From assembly GCF_900546705.1 (NCBI RefSeq), contig NZ_URDP01000003.1, positions 20,871 through 84,870 on the forward strand: a stretch of DNA of 64,000 nucleotides. The letters are read 5' to 3'. Of this stretch, positions 38,828-48,647 are shown one piece after another. The position numbers were made by a program, and so were the translations under genes. The number at the start of each line of letters is the position of its first letter. The first letter of the stretch is position 1. The notes under the pieces are model-generated. The model searched no databases. It saw nothing but the letters and a program-made list of their open reading frames with translations, and was not told the DNA's origin. This DNA is from an uncultured Oscillibacter sp. (lineage in GTDB: Bacteria; Bacillota; Clostridia; Oscillospirales; Oscillospiraceae).

Positions 38828-40510
38828 ATGCTGGAATGGCTTCACATTGAAAATATTGCAGTCATTGAGGAGGCGGATATCCGCTTTCAGCCGGGGTTTA
38901 ACGCCCTCACCGGTGAGACCGGCGCCGGCAAGTCCATCGTCATCGACGCCTTGGGGGCTGTGCTGGGCGGACGGACCTCCCGGGAATTGATCCGCACCGG
39001 GGCGGAGCGGGCCTTTGCCAGCGCCGCCTTTTCCGGCGTGAGCGCGGATCTGCCGGGCCTTGCCGAGTGCGGCGCGGCCCCGGACGAGGACGGATGTCTG
39101 GTGATGCAGCGGGAGATCGGCAGCGACGGGCGGAGTCTGTGCCGGGTGGGCGGTCGGCCGGTGACCGTGTCCCAGATGCGCCGGGTGGGCGAGGAGCTTT
39201 TGAACATCCACGGCCAGCACGACGGCGTGCAGCTGTTGGACGAGGAGCGCCATGTGGCCTACCTGGATCGCTTCGGCCGCACGGAGGACGTGCTGGCAGC
39301 CTACCAGGCATCCTACAGCGCTATGGCGGAGCTGCAGAAGAAGATCTCTGCATTGCGGATGGACGAGGCGGAAAAGGCCCGCCGGATGGACAGTTTGCGC
39401 TTCCAGATCGACGAGCTGGAGCGGGCACAGCTGACCCCCGGCGAGGAGGAGGGCCTGGCGGAGCGGCGCAATCTGCTGCGCAACGGGGAGAAATATCTAT
39501 CCGCACTGTCCGGAGCGGATTACTGCCTCTCCGGCGGCGAGGAGAGCGGCGGCGCGGTCAGTGCCATCCGGGACGCGGAGGAGGCTCTTTACGGTATCCG
39601 CACCCTGGGTGAGGAGATGGGCCGGCTCTATGAGCGGCTGGGCGCACTGCGCAGCGAGGCCTATGACATTGCCGAGACCGTACGGGACCTGCGGGAGAGC
39701 TTTGACTTCTCTCCGGCAGAGCTGGACGCAGTGGAGAGCCGGACGGATCTTCTGTACCGGCTGAAAAAGAAGTACGGGGCCACCGTGGAAGACATGCTTG
39801 CCTACCTGGATCGCTGCCGGGCGGAGCTGGACGCCATGGAGACGGCGGATGACACCCTGGCCCGCCTGGAAAAGCAGCTGACCGGTGCCCGCAAAGCGGT
39901 GGAGGAGGCCGGCGCGGCACTGACGGCGGCCCGCAAAGCCGCCGCCGCGGAGCTGGAGGCGCGCATCCTCCGGGAGCTGCGGGATCTGGACATGAACAAG
40001 GTGCGCTTTGCCATCGACTTTGCCCCCCGGGAGCCGGGGGCGGACGGATGCGACACCGTGCGCTTCCTCATGTCCGCCAACGTGGGCGAGGACCTGCGGC
40101 CCATTGCCCGCATCGCCTCCGGCGGCGAGCTGGCCCGGATCATGCTGGCACTGAAGAACGTGCTGGCGGAACAGGAGTCCGTGGGTACGCTGGTGTTTGA
40201 CGAGGTGGATACGGGCGTATCCGGCCGGGCGGCCCAGAAGGTGGCGGAGAAGCTGGCCCAGGTGAGCCGGCGCAAGCAGGTGCTGTGCGTGACGCATCTG
40301 CCCCAGCTGGCCGCCATGGCGGATACCCACTTTTCCGTGGAGAAGGGGGAGCGGGACGGCCGTACCTATACAAAGGTGGTGCTGCTGGACCGGGAGCGCC
40401 GGAAGGCGGAACTGGCCCGGATCACCGGCGGCGCCAAGGTGACCCCTGCGCTGCTGGAGAGTGCCGGAGAGCTGCTGGATGAGGCGGAGGCCTACCGGGC
40501 CACACTTTGA
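38828..40510 (+). CDS. recN: DNA repair protein RecN
   Basis: TGETGAGKS, IHGQH, ASGGELAR, FDEVD.GVSG, THLPQ. Confidence 0.97.
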   Translation: MLEWLHIENIAVIEEADIRFQPGFNALTGETGAGKSIVIDALGAVLGGRTSRELIRTGAERAFASAAFSGVSADLPGLAECGAAPDEDGCLVMQREIGSDGRSLCRVGGRPVTVSQMRRVGEELLNIHGQHDGVQLLDEERHVAYLDRFGRTEDVLAAYQASYSAMAELQKKISALRMDEAEKARRMDSLRFQIDELERAQLTPGEEEGLAERRNLLRNGEKYLSALSGADYCLSGGEESGGAVSAIRDAEEALYGIRTLGEEMGRLYERLGALRSEAYDIAETVRDLRESFDFSPAELDAVESRTDLLYRLKKKYGATVEDMLAYLDRCRAELDAMETADDTLARLEKQLTGARKAVEEAGAALTAARKAAAAELEARILRELRDLDMNKVRFAIDFAPREPGADGCDTVRFLMSANVGEDLRPIARIASGGELARIMLALKNVLAEQESVGTLVFDEVDTGVSGRAAQKVAEKLAQVSRRKQVLCVTHLPQLAAMADTHFSVEKGERDGRTYTKVVLLDRERRKAELARITGGAKVTPALLESAGELLDEAEAYRATL

Positions 40511-40523
40511 AGAGGGAGCTGCA

Positions 40524-40892
40524 ATGACGGGATTTTTCTGGGTGGCGGCCGGCGGCGCCGTAGGGGCCTCCGCCCGCTACGGCGTGAGTTTACTGCCGGT
40601 GCGGGCGGCGTTTCCGGTGCTGACCCTGGCCACCAATTTTTTAGGTGCGCTGCTCATCGGCTTTGTGGTGGGCTTTGGGAGCGCAGGCGGCATGACGCCC
40701 AACCAGACCCTGTTTTGGAAAACGGGCGTGTGCGGCGGCTTCACCACGTTCTCGACCTTTTCTCTGGAGGCGCTGACGCTGCTGGAGAGCGGGCGCGTGG
40801 CCGCGGGCGGGGCGTATATGGCGCTGAGCCTCGGCCTGTGCCTGGGAGGTGTGCTGCTGGGCAGGGCCCTGGGCATCCGGGCAGCGGCATGA
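40524..40892 (+). CDS. crcB: Fluoride channel CrcB/Fluc
   Basis: GGAVGA.ARY, TG.CGGFTTFSTFS.E. Confidence 0.93.
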   Translation: MTGFFWVAAGGAVGASARYGVSLLPVRAAFPVLTLATNFLGALLIGFVVGFGSAGGMTPNQTLFWKTGVCGGFTTFSTFSLEALTLLESGRVAAGGAYMALSLGLCLGGVLLGRALGIRAAA

Positions 40893-40897
40893 TATAG

Positions 40898-40928
40898 AAA
40901 AACGGCTGACGAAAGTCAGCCGTTTTTT
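40898..40928. terminator. Bidirectional terminator
   Basis: AAAAACGGCTGAC-GAAA-GTCAGCCGTTTTT between convergent genes. Confidence 0.8.
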
Positions 40929-41101
40929 GTTTCGCTCAATTCAATTTTTCCGTGCTCTTTTTCAAAATCCGCGATGCATTTCCGCATCAGATACAGAATC
41001 TGGCCGCTTCCGCTCCGGCCTTCATATTCCGCAATATAAAATATCTTATCATGGGTTTCCTGGTCGATACGCAGTCCCAGATGTTTTTCGCGCTTTTTCA
41101 T
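40916..41101 (-). CDS. Small Arc/ribbon-helix-helix DNA-binding protein
   Basis: HLGLRI strand, ETHDKIFYIAEYEGRS.S.QI helix-turn-helix pattern. Confidence 0.75.
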   Translation of the reverse strand: MKKREKHLGLRIDQETHDKIFYIAEYEGRSGSGQILYLMRKCIADFEKEHGKIELSETKNG

Positions 41102-41208
41102 TTGTCAAGCCACTCCAAATCATTGAGTTTTTAGTTGATTTTAAGTACACTTTGAGTTATTATGTGAAAAGTGGACTAGATTCTAGTACGAAAAAGCGAG
41201 GAGAACAT

Positions 41209-41382
41209 ATGGAAGAAACGGTTTGGAAGCAGATGTACCTGCGCCTTGCCGGCGCGGTGGCGGACGCGGCGGAGATTATGGAGCCTCTGCCGGAAAACCG
41301 TCGGGCCTGGGAGGCGCTGAACCGGGCGCTGCTGGAGGCGGAGGAGCTGTACATCACCGCTGGAGAGGGCGCCCGCTCTTGA
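41209..41382 (+). CDS. Small hypothetical helical protein (57 aa)
   Basis: GAGGAG SD, own TTGATT-17-TATTAT promoter; MEETVWKQMYLRL...AEELYI. Confidence 0.65.
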   Translation: MEETVWKQMYLRLAGAVADAAEIMEPLPENRRAWEALNRALLEAEELYITAGEGARS

Positions 41383-41407
41383 CATTTTCCCGTTTATCGG
41401 ATATAAT
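41379..41407 (+). promoter_or_regulatory. Sigma-A promoter of tyrS
   Basis: Perfect TTGACA-17-TATAAT. Confidence 0.85.
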
Positions 41408-41419
41408 CGCACCCGTGTA

Positions 41420-41686
41420 CAGTGAGGAAGAGGAAGAGTAACCGTCACGGCGCTGCAAAGAGAACCCCCGGTTGGTGAAAGGGGGAGAGGGCCCGGCGGC
41501 GAATACCCCTTGGAGCTGGCACCCGAACGGCTTTTCGGCTCAGTAGGCGTGCTCCGGGTGCGCCCGTTACCGCGCCGCCGTGTGTTGGCACGGCCCGAGG
41601 CCGCTTCTCCGTGAGGAGACGGTGAACCAGAGGTGGTACCGCGAAGAGATTCGCCCTCTGTCCCTGCCGGGACGGGGGCATTTTTT
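41420..41686 (+). ncRNA. T-box riboswitch (Tyr)
   Basis: Stem I with AGAGA/GGTGAA motifs, specifier GAA-TAC (41504-41506), T-box AGAGGTGGTACCGCG, terminator with T-tract. Confidence 0.92.
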
Positions 41687-41731
41687 ATCCCGTTTCGACT
41701 GACTTCAACCAAAGAACAGGAGAGAACGACT

Positions 41732-42964
41732 ATGCAGATTTATGAAGAACTCAAGGCCCGGGGCCTCATTGCCCAGGTCACCGACGAGGAGGAGATCCGC
41801 CAGCTGGTCAACAACGGCAAGGCCGTGTTCTATATCGGCTTTGACCCCACCGCCGACTCCCTCCACGTGGGCCACTTCATGGCCCTTTGCCTGATGAAGC
41901 GCCTCCAGATGGCCGGCAACCGGCCCATCGCCCTGATCGGCGGCGGCACCGGCATGATCGGTGACCCCTCCGGCCGTACGGACATGCGGAAGATGATGAC
42001 CGTGGAGACCATCCAGCACAACTGCGACTGCTTCAAAAAGCAGATGGAGCGATTCATTGAATTCGGCGAGGGCAAGGCCATGATGCTCAATAACGCCGAC
42101 TGGCTCCTGAAGCTCAACTACGTGGATCTTCTGCGGGAGGTGGGCGCGTGCTTCTCTGTCAACAACATGCTGCGGGCCGAGTGCTACAAGCAGCGGATGG
42201 AGAAGGGCCTGAGCTTCCTGGAATTCAACTATATGATCATGCAGTCCTACGATTTCTATCACATGTTCCAGACCGTGGGCTGCAACATGCAGTTCGGCGG
42301 CGACGACCAGTGGTCCAACATGCTGGGCGGCACGGAGCTCATCCGCCGCAAGCTGGGGAAGGACGCCTACGCCATGACCATCACGCTGCTCTTGAACTCC
42401 GAGGGCAAGAAGATGGGCAAGACCGCTTCCGGCGCTGTGTGGCTGGACCCCAACAAGACCTCTCCCTTTGAGTTCTACCAGTACTGGCGCAATGTGGGCG
42501 ACGCCGATGTCTTGAAGTGCATCCGGATGCTCACGTTCTTGCCGCTGGAGCAGATTGACGAGATGGACAAGTGGGAGGGCAGCCAGCTCAACACCGCCAA
42601 GGAGATTCTGGCCTACGAGCTGACCAAGCTGGTCCATGGCGAGGAAGAGGCTGCCAAGGCCCAGGAGGCTGCCCGGGCTCTGTTCGGCGGCAGCGGTGAT
42701 TCTGCCAACATGCCCTGCACGAAGCTGTGCCGGGAGGACTTCAGCGCGGACGGCGAAATCGACATCCTGACCCTTCTAGTCAAGTGCGGACTGTGCACGT
42801 CCAAGGGCGAGGCCCGGCGGCTGGTCCAGCAGGGCGGCGTCAGTGTCTGCGGCCAGAAGGTGGGCGACATCGAGGCCAAGTTCAGCTGCAAGGACTGCTG
42901 CGGCGAGGGCGCCATCATCAAAAAGGGCAAGAAGGTCTATCACAAGGCCTTGATGGAAGAATAA
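41732..42964 (+). CDS. tyrS: Tyrosine--tRNA ligase
   Basis: GFDPTADSLHVGH, GGDDQW.N, KMGKT, C-terminal S4 domain. Confidence 0.97.
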   Translation: MQIYEELKARGLIAQVTDEEEIRQLVNNGKAVFYIGFDPTADSLHVGHFMALCLMKRLQMAGNRPIALIGGGTGMIGDPSGRTDMRKMMTVETIQHNCDCFKKQMERFIEFGEGKAMMLNNADWLLKLNYVDLLREVGACFSVNNMLRAECYKQRMEKGLSFLEFNYMIMQSYDFYHMFQTVGCNMQFGGDDQWSNMLGGTELIRRKLGKDAYAMTITLLLNSEGKKMGKTASGAVWLDPNKTSPFEFYQYWRNVGDADVLKCIRMLTFLPLEQIDEMDKWEGSQLNTAKEILAYELTKLVHGEEEAAKAQEAARALFGGSGDSANMPCTKLCREDFSADGEIDILTLLVKCGLCTSKGEARRLVQQGGVSVCGQKVGDIEAKFSCKDCCGEGAIIKKGKKVYHKALMEE

Positions 42965-43043
42965 AAAAGCGGGGCAGACGCGGCGCTTTTGCGCCGCGCC
43001 TGTCTTGGCGTTTTCGAAACTTTTTCTTCAGAAAGGAACCAAC

Positions 43044-44669
43044 ATGATCACAGTCAACGACGTCAGCATGAACTTTTCCGGACAGACCCTGTTCAAGCAT
43101 GTGGATCTGAAATTCACCCCCGGCAACTGCTACGGCATCATCGGCGCCAACGGCGCGGGAAAGTCCACCTTCCTGCGGATTCTCTCCGGGGATCTGGAGC
43201 CCACCACCGGTGAGGTCATCATCCCCAAGGAAGAGCGCATGTCCATCCTCAAGCAGGACCACTTCCAGTACGATGCCTATACGGTGCTGGACACGGTGAT
43301 CCAGGGCAATCAGCGTCTCTACGACATTATGAAGGAGAAGGACGCCCTCTATGAAAAGGAGGACTTCACCGACGAGGACGGCGTGAAAGCCAGTGAGCTG
43401 GAGGCCGAGTTTGCCGAGATGGGCGGCTGGGAGGCCGAGAGCGACGTGAGCCGCCTGATCCAGGGTCTGGGTCTCTCCAACGACATCCTTTATTCCGAGA
43501 TGTCCTCCCTGACTGCCAAGGAGAAGGTGAAGGTGCTGCTGGCACAGGCGCTGTTCGGCAAGCCCGACATCATCCTGCTGGACGAGCCCACCAACCACCT
43601 GGACATCCAGGCCATCGAATGGCTGGAGGACTTTCTCATGGACTGCGAGGCACTGACCATTGTGGTCAGCCACGACCGCCACTTCCTCAACACCGTCTGC
43701 ACCAGCATCGTGGACGTGGATTACGGCGGCATCCGCATGTACGTGGGCAACTATGAGTTCTGGTACGAGTCCAGCCAGCTGATGCAGCGGATGATCCGGG
43801 ACCAGAACAAGAAGAAGGAGGAGAAGATCAAGGAACTCCAGGAGTTCATCTCCCGCTTCTCCGCCAACAAGTCCAAGTCCAAGCAGGCCACTGCCCGCCG
43901 CAAGCTCCTGGACAAGCTGACGGTGGAGGAGATGCCCGCCTCTTCCCGCCGCTATCCCTTCGTGGGCTTTACTATGGACCGGGAGCCCGGCAAGGAGATC
44001 CTCACGGTGGAGGGCCTCTCCAAGACCGTGGACGGCCGCAAGGTGCTGGACAACGTGTCCTTCCGGGTCAACAAGGGTGACAAGATCGCCTTTGTGGGAG
44101 AGGACGAGATCGCCAAGACCACGTTGTTCAAGATCATCATGGGGGAAATGGAGCCTGATGAGGGCAGCTACAAGTGGGGAACCACCATCACCACCAGCTA
44201 CTTCCCCCTGGACAACTCCGCTTTCTTCAACGACTGCGATCTCAACCTGCTGGACTGGCTGGCCCAGTATACCGGTAATACGGCGGAGGAGAGCACGGAG
44301 TCCTTCAAGCGCTCCTTCCTGGGACGGATGCTCTTCTCCGGCGACGACGTGTTCAAGCCCGTCAAGGTGCTCTCCGGCGGCGAGAAGGTCCGGTGCATGC
44401 TCTCGAGGATGATGCTCTTCGGCTCCAACGTACTGGTGCTGGATCAGCCCACCAACCACCTGGACCTGGAGTCCATCACCGCCGTCAACAACGGCCTCAT
44501 CGACTTCAAGGGTGTGGTGCTCTTTGCCTCCCACGACCACGAGTTCGTCCAGACCATTGCCAACCGGATCATGGAGTTTGTGGACGGCAGACTCATCGAC
44601 AAGCTGTGCACCTACGACGAGTATATCGAGACCCGCCGGCAGGAGAGCCTGGAGAAGATGGGCAAGTAA
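43044..44669 (+). CDS. ABC-F family ATPase (YbiT/YkpA-like)
   Basis: Two ABC domains, no TM, DEPTNHLD; second Walker A degenerate. Confidence 0.92.
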   Translation: MITVNDVSMNFSGQTLFKHVDLKFTPGNCYGIIGANGAGKSTFLRILSGDLEPTTGEVIIPKEERMSILKQDHFQYDAYTVLDTVIQGNQRLYDIMKEKDALYEKEDFTDEDGVKASELEAEFAEMGGWEAESDVSRLIQGLGLSNDILYSEMSSLTAKEKVKVLLAQALFGKPDIILLDEPTNHLDIQAIEWLEDFLMDCEALTIVVSHDRHFLNTVCTSIVDVDYGGIRMYVGNYEFWYESSQLMQRMIRDQNKKKEEKIKELQEFISRFSANKSKSKQATARRKLLDKLTVEEMPASSRRYPFVGFTMDREPGKEILTVEGLSKTVDGRKVLDNVSFRVNKGDKIAFVGEDEIAKTTLFKIIMGEMEPDEGSYKWGTTITTSYFPLDNSAFFNDCDLNLLDWLAQYTGNTAEESTESFKRSFLGRMLFSGDDVFKPVKVLSGGEKVRCMLSRMMLFGSNVLVLDQPTNHLDLESITAVNNGLIDFKGVVLFASHDHEFVQTIANRIMEFVDGRLIDKLCTYDEYIETRRQESLEKMGK

Positions 44670-44687
44670 ACCGACTTCAATATTTCT

Positions 44688-44722
44688 GCCGCCGCTGCCG
44701 GTTCTGGCAGCGGCGGCTTTTT
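44688..44722. terminator. Terminator between ABC-F and dapA
   Basis: GCCGCCGCTGCCG/TGGCAGCGGCGGC hairpin plus T-tract. Confidence 0.75.
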
Positions 44723-44741
44723 GTCGGAAGGGAAGCGCCGC

Positions 44742-45638
44742 CTATGCGATGGAGGGCAGCAGCCCGTATTGCTCCAGCGCCTGCTGGATACGGCCCAGGC
44801 TTTTCTCACTGGGCTCGCACAGCGGCAGCCGCAGCTGCCCTACGCCATAGCCCATCAGGTTGAGGGCGGTTTTCACGGGGATGGGATTCACTTCACAGAA
44901 CATGGCGTCGCAGAGCTCCTTGAGCTCCAGCTGGAGACGGCCTGCGGCGGTGAAGTCCCCGGACTGACACAGCGCGGTGAGTCGGTGCATGGCGGCGGGG
45001 AACACGTTGGCCACCACGGAGATGACGCCCTTCCCGCCCAGCATGCAGATGGCTGCCGTCTCGTCGTCGTTGCCGGACCAGATGGAAAAGTCCTCCGGAC
45101 AGAGGGTCCGGGTCCGCTGGATGGCACTGAGGTTCCCGGAGGCCTCCTTGACGCCGTTGATATTGGGGTGCTGCGCCAGACGGGCATAGGTTTCCGGGGC
45201 GATGGCCACACCGGTGCGGGAGGGCACATCGTAGGCGATCACCGGAACGGGGGAGGCGTCAGCCACAGCGCTGTAGTGCCGCACCAGCCCCTCCTGGGAG
45301 GCCTTGTTGTAGTAGGGGGTCACCACCAGAACGCCGTCTACTCCGGCGCGGGCGGCATCCCGGGATTGGGTCACCGCCGTCTCTGTGGCGTTGGAGCCGG
45401 TACCTGCGATCACCGGCACCCGGCCGTCCACATGCTCCACGCAGCATTCGATGGCCCGCATCCGCTCTCCGTAGGTCATGGTAGCGGCTTCTCCGGTGGT
45501 ACCGCAGATGATAACGGCGTCCGTACCGTTTTGAAGCTGGAAGTCCAGCAGGTGCCGCAGGACCGGCAGATCCACGCTCTCGCGGTTGAAAGGGGTGACG
45601 ATGGCCACACCGCAGCCGGTAAAAATGGGGGTTTTCAC
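44742..45638 (-). CDS. dapA: 4-hydroxy-tetrahydrodipicolinate synthase
   Basis: GTTGE, GTGSN, TPYYNK, GVKEAS, NPIPVK; GTG start after AAGGAGG. Confidence 0.95.
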   Translation of the reverse strand: MKTPIFTGCGVAIVTPFNRESVDLPVLRHLLDFQLQNGTDAVIICGTTGEAATMTYGERMRAIECCVEHVDGRVPVIAGTGSNATETAVTQSRDAARAGVDGVLVVTPYYNKASQEGLVRHYSAVADASPVPVIAYDVPSRTGVAIAPETYARLAQHPNINGVKEASGNLSAIQRTRTLCPEDFSIWSGNDDETAAICMLGGKGVISVVANVFPAAMHRLTALCQSGDFTAAGRLQLELKELCDAMFCEVNPIPVKTALNLMGYGVGQLRLPLCEPSEKSLGRIQQALEQYGLLPSIA

Positions 45639-45717
45639 GATCACAGCCTCCTTTATGGATTCAAACGAAAAAGCGGACGCCCCATCAGGGCATCCGCTTT
45701 CTTTGGTGACAGTGAGG

Positions 45718-46809
45718 TTACCGGGGTTCGATGTATCCCTTGGCACACAGCAGTTCCGCCAGCAGTACAGCACCGCCGGCGGCGCCCCGCAGTGTGTTGT
45801 GGCTGAGGCAGACAAACTTGTAGTCGTACTGGGTATCCGGCCGCAGCCGGCCGATGGAGATGGCCATGCCATGCTCCAGATTCCGGTCCAGCCGGGTCTG
45901 GGGACGGTTTTCCTCCTCAAAATAGTGGAGGAACTGCTTGGGAGCAGAGGGGAGGTTCAGCTCCTGGGCGGGCCCCCGGAAAGCGGCCCAGTCCGCCTTG
46001 ATCTGTTCCATAGAGGGGGCCTTGCCGTCGGCGAACTTCATGAACACCGCCGCCATGTGGCCGTCCTGGCAGGCTACCCGGAAGCACTGGGCGGTGATGG
46101 CAGGGCCGTCGGCCTTGACGATCTTCCCGTCTTCGATATGGCCCCAGAGCTTCAGCGGCTCCAGCTCGCTCTTTTCCTCCTCACCGCTGATGAAGGGAAT
46201 CACATTGTCTACCATTTCCGGCCAGCGGGCAAAGGTCTTGCCGGCGCCGGAGATGGCCTGATAGGTGCACACCAGAGCCCGCTCCAGGCCATATTTTCGC
46301 AGAGGGTGCAGGGCCGGGACATAGCTTTGCAAAGAGCAGTTGCTCTTGACGGCGATGAAGCCCCGCTTGGTGCCCAGACGCTTGCGCTGAGCGTCAATGA
46401 CGGCGATGTGCTCTGCGTTGATCTCCGGCACCACCATGGGTACGTCGTCCGTCCAGCGATGGGCAGAGTTGTTGGAGACAATGGGGCACTCCAATTTGGC
46501 ATACTTCTCCTCCAGCGCCCGGATCTCCTCTTTTTTCATATCCACCGCGCAGAAGCAGAAGTCCACCATGCCGGCCAGTTTTTCCGCATCGGCCTGGGCG
46601 TCCAGTACTACCAGCTGTTCTGCTTCCTTCGGCATGGGCACATCCAGCGCCCAGCGTCCCTCCACAGCCTGGGCATAAGTCTTGCCGGCACTGCGGGCGC
46701 TGGCTGCCAGCGCAGTGAGACGGAACCAGGGGTGGTTTTCCATTAATGTCACAAAGCGCTGTCCCACCATGCCGGTGCAGCCGATGACGCCCACTTTGTA
46801 TTGCTCCAT
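45718..46809 (-). CDS. asd: Aspartate-semialdehyde dehydrogenase (archaeal/fungal-type subfamily)
   Basis: G.TGMVGQRF...HPWF, SNCS, YQAISGAG, SHNTLRGAAGGA. Confidence 0.95.
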   Translation of the reverse strand: MEQYKVGVIGCTGMVGQRFVTLMENHPWFRLTALAASARSAGKTYAQAVEGRWALDVPMPKEAEQLVVLDAQADAEKLAGMVDFCFCAVDMKKEEIRALEEKYAKLECPIVSNNSAHRWTDDVPMVVPEINAEHIAVIDAQRKRLGTKRGFIAVKSNCSLQSYVPALHPLRKYGLERALVCTYQAISGAGKTFARWPEMVDNVIPFISGEEEKSELEPLKLWGHIEDGKIVKADGPAITAQCFRVACQDGHMAAVFMKFADGKAPSMEQIKADWAAFRGPAQELNLPSAPKQFLHYFEEENRPQTRLDRNLEHGMAISIGRLRPDTQYDYKFVCLSHNTLRGAAGGAVLLAELLCAKGYIEPR

Positions 46810-46861
46810 AGTGCATTCCTCCTGCCGGCCGCCCCGGCGGGACGGCCCTGTCGATTTTTGG

Positions 46862-46890
46862 TTGAATGTGCCGCGGAATTGTACTATAAT
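46862..46890 (+). promoter_or_regulatory. Sigma-A-like promoter for spoIID-like-queA-tgt
   Basis: TTGAAT-17-TATAAT. Confidence 0.6.
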
Positions 46891-46944
46891 GACTTCTATT
46901 GGAGAGTTGCATTGTATGTACATATGGGACGGACATTTGTATGT

Positions 46945-46973
46945 ATGGTAGCATACTTTTCGGCCCCCGTCAA
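46945..46973 (-). promoter_or_regulatory. Sigma-A-like promoter for asd-dapA
   Basis: TTGACG-17-TACCAT with extended TG on minus strand. Confidence 0.6.
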
Positions 46974-46995
46974 GTTTGTGCCATTGGGAGGATGC

Positions 46996-48639
46996 ATGAA
47001 AAAAACGATTGTAACGCTGGCATGCGTTGTGACATTTTTCGCTTTGAATGCCGCCTGTGCTGACGCGGCGGTACCGGACATGCTGCGGGTGGGACTGCGG
47101 TACGGCTCCACCGCCATGTTTTCGGCCAATCTGGAAAACGCCGTGGGCTCCGGATATGAGCTGGGGTATTTTGAAGACGGACGGAGCTTTGTGCCGGTGG
47201 GGCGGACGGATGAGACTTGTATCTCCATGACCGCTGCGGGTACAATATATGTCAGCTCCGCCGGAGAATATTCCGCCTCCGGCAGCGGCACCTGTCTGGG
47301 CCCCTGGCATGTACAGTTGGGCGGATACGACGACTTTGATGAGGCTGCGGAGGCTGCCGGGCGGGTGGACGGCTGGCCCGTTTATCTGGACGGAGACTAT
47401 GTTGTTCGCACCGGATGCTACGATTCCAAGTCCGAAGCTTCCGATGCCGCCGGTAATCTGGGCGGCGAGGCGGTGCGATCTTCCTCCGACGGCGTAATGG
47501 TCACCCGGACCCGCTCCACACAGATCCTGTTTGAATTTGACTGCGGCGGGGAGAAGTCCCTGGGCGTGATGCCTCAGGCCGGGCGGGGAGAGAAGGCTGA
47601 AACCTGGTTCAAAGGCTACAAATATAACGGCGGTTTTGAGTATGTCCGTCCGGACGGCGGAAATCTGCGGGTCATCAATGTGGTGGACCTGGAGGACTAT
47701 GTCAAGGGTGTGGTGCCCTATGAGATGAACGGGGACTGGCCCTTTGCTGCACTGGAGGCCCAGGCGGTTTGCGCCCGTACATTTGCCTGTCAGACTACCA
47801 AACACGCAAGCTACGATTTTGATGTGTGCAGCGGCATTTGCTGCCAGGTATACAACGGCGTCAATACCGCCACGGACCGCAGCAACCAGGCAGTGGACAA
47901 TACGGCGGGCGTGTGTATCTGGTATGACGGAAAGCTCATTGAGGCGGTTTACCACTCCTCCGACGGCGGTGCCACGGAGGATGCCAAGAATGTCTGGGGC
48001 GGCGATGTGCCCTATCTCAAGGGAAAAGAGGACCCCTATGAGGCACTGACATCCATCCCCAACTACAGTTGGACAGTGACTTATACGCCGGCGGAACTGA
48101 CCTGGGTGCTGCAGCACAGCGGCTACTCCATCGGGACGGTGGCGGATGTATATGTGGCGGAGCGAACGGCCCTTGGCAACGTGAGCAAGGTGGTATTCAC
48201 GGATACCACGGGCAAGACGCTGACGGTGACGGGGCAGGCGTGCAGCAACGCATTTTATTCCACCACCTATGGCAAAAACGTCCGCAGCCTGCGCTTTACC
48301 ATCAGCGGCGGCAGCGGCGAGACCTCCGGGGGCTTCTGCGTCAACAGTGCCTCCAATCGCCTGGACACGCTTGCCGGTGCAGCGGTAATCAGCGGCGGTG
48401 GAACACAGTCCACGCTTTCGAACCGCGGCTGGTACGCGGTGACGAGCTCCGGTACCGTGGCACTGGAAGCTGCTGCGGGAACCTCGGGCGGCGGCAGCGG
48501 CGACTTGTTTGTCATTACCGGCACGGGCAACGGCCACAATGTGGGCATGAGCCAATACGGCGCCAAGGCCATGGCGGAGAACGGATACAGCTATGAGGAT
48601 ATCCTTTCATTTTACTATACCGATGTTACAATTAAGTGA
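46996..48639 (+). CDS. SpoIID/LytB domain protein with signal peptide and SPOR-like segment
   Basis: [37 protein letters not shown]. Confidence 0.9.
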   Translation: MKKTIVTLACVVTFFALNAACADAAVPDMLRVGLRYGSTAMFSANLENAVGSGYELGYFEDGRSFVPVGRTDETCISMTAAGTIYVSSAGEYSASGSGTCLGPWHVQLGGYDDFDEAAEAAGRVDGWPVYLDGDYVVRTGCYDSKSEASDAAGNLGGEAVRSSSDGVMVTRTRSTQILFEFDCGGEKSLGVMPQAGRGEKAETWFKGYKYNGGFEYVRPDGGNLRVINVVDLEDYVKGVVPYEMNGDWPFAALEAQAVCARTFACQTTKHASYDFDVCSGICCQVYNGVNTATDRSNQAVDNTAGVCIWYDGKLIEAVYHSSDGGATEDAKNVWGGDVPYLKGKEDPYEALTSIPNYSWTVTYTPAELTWVLQHSGYSIGTVADVYVAERTALGNVSKVVFTDTTGKTLTVTGQACSNAFYSTTYGKNVRSLRFTISGGSGETSGGFCVNSASNRLDTLAGAAVISGGGTQSTLSNRGWYAVTSSGTVALEAAAGTSGGGSGDLFVITGTGNGHNVGMSQYGAKAMAENGYSYEDILSFYYTDVTIK

Positions 48640-48647
48640 GGAAGCAA

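Noticed and set aside
40511..40523. Fluoride riboswitch before crcB
   Set aside because: Only 13 nt separate it from recN; no GGCGATGG aptamer core
46810..46940. Lysine riboswitch before asd-dapA
   Set aside because: Leader ~130 nt, no AGAGG P1-P2 signature or terminator
45718..48555. 945-aa asd fusion ORF in the track
   Set aside because: The N-terminal part is the antisense shadow of the spoIID-like gene; the real asd starts at 46809 after AGGAGG
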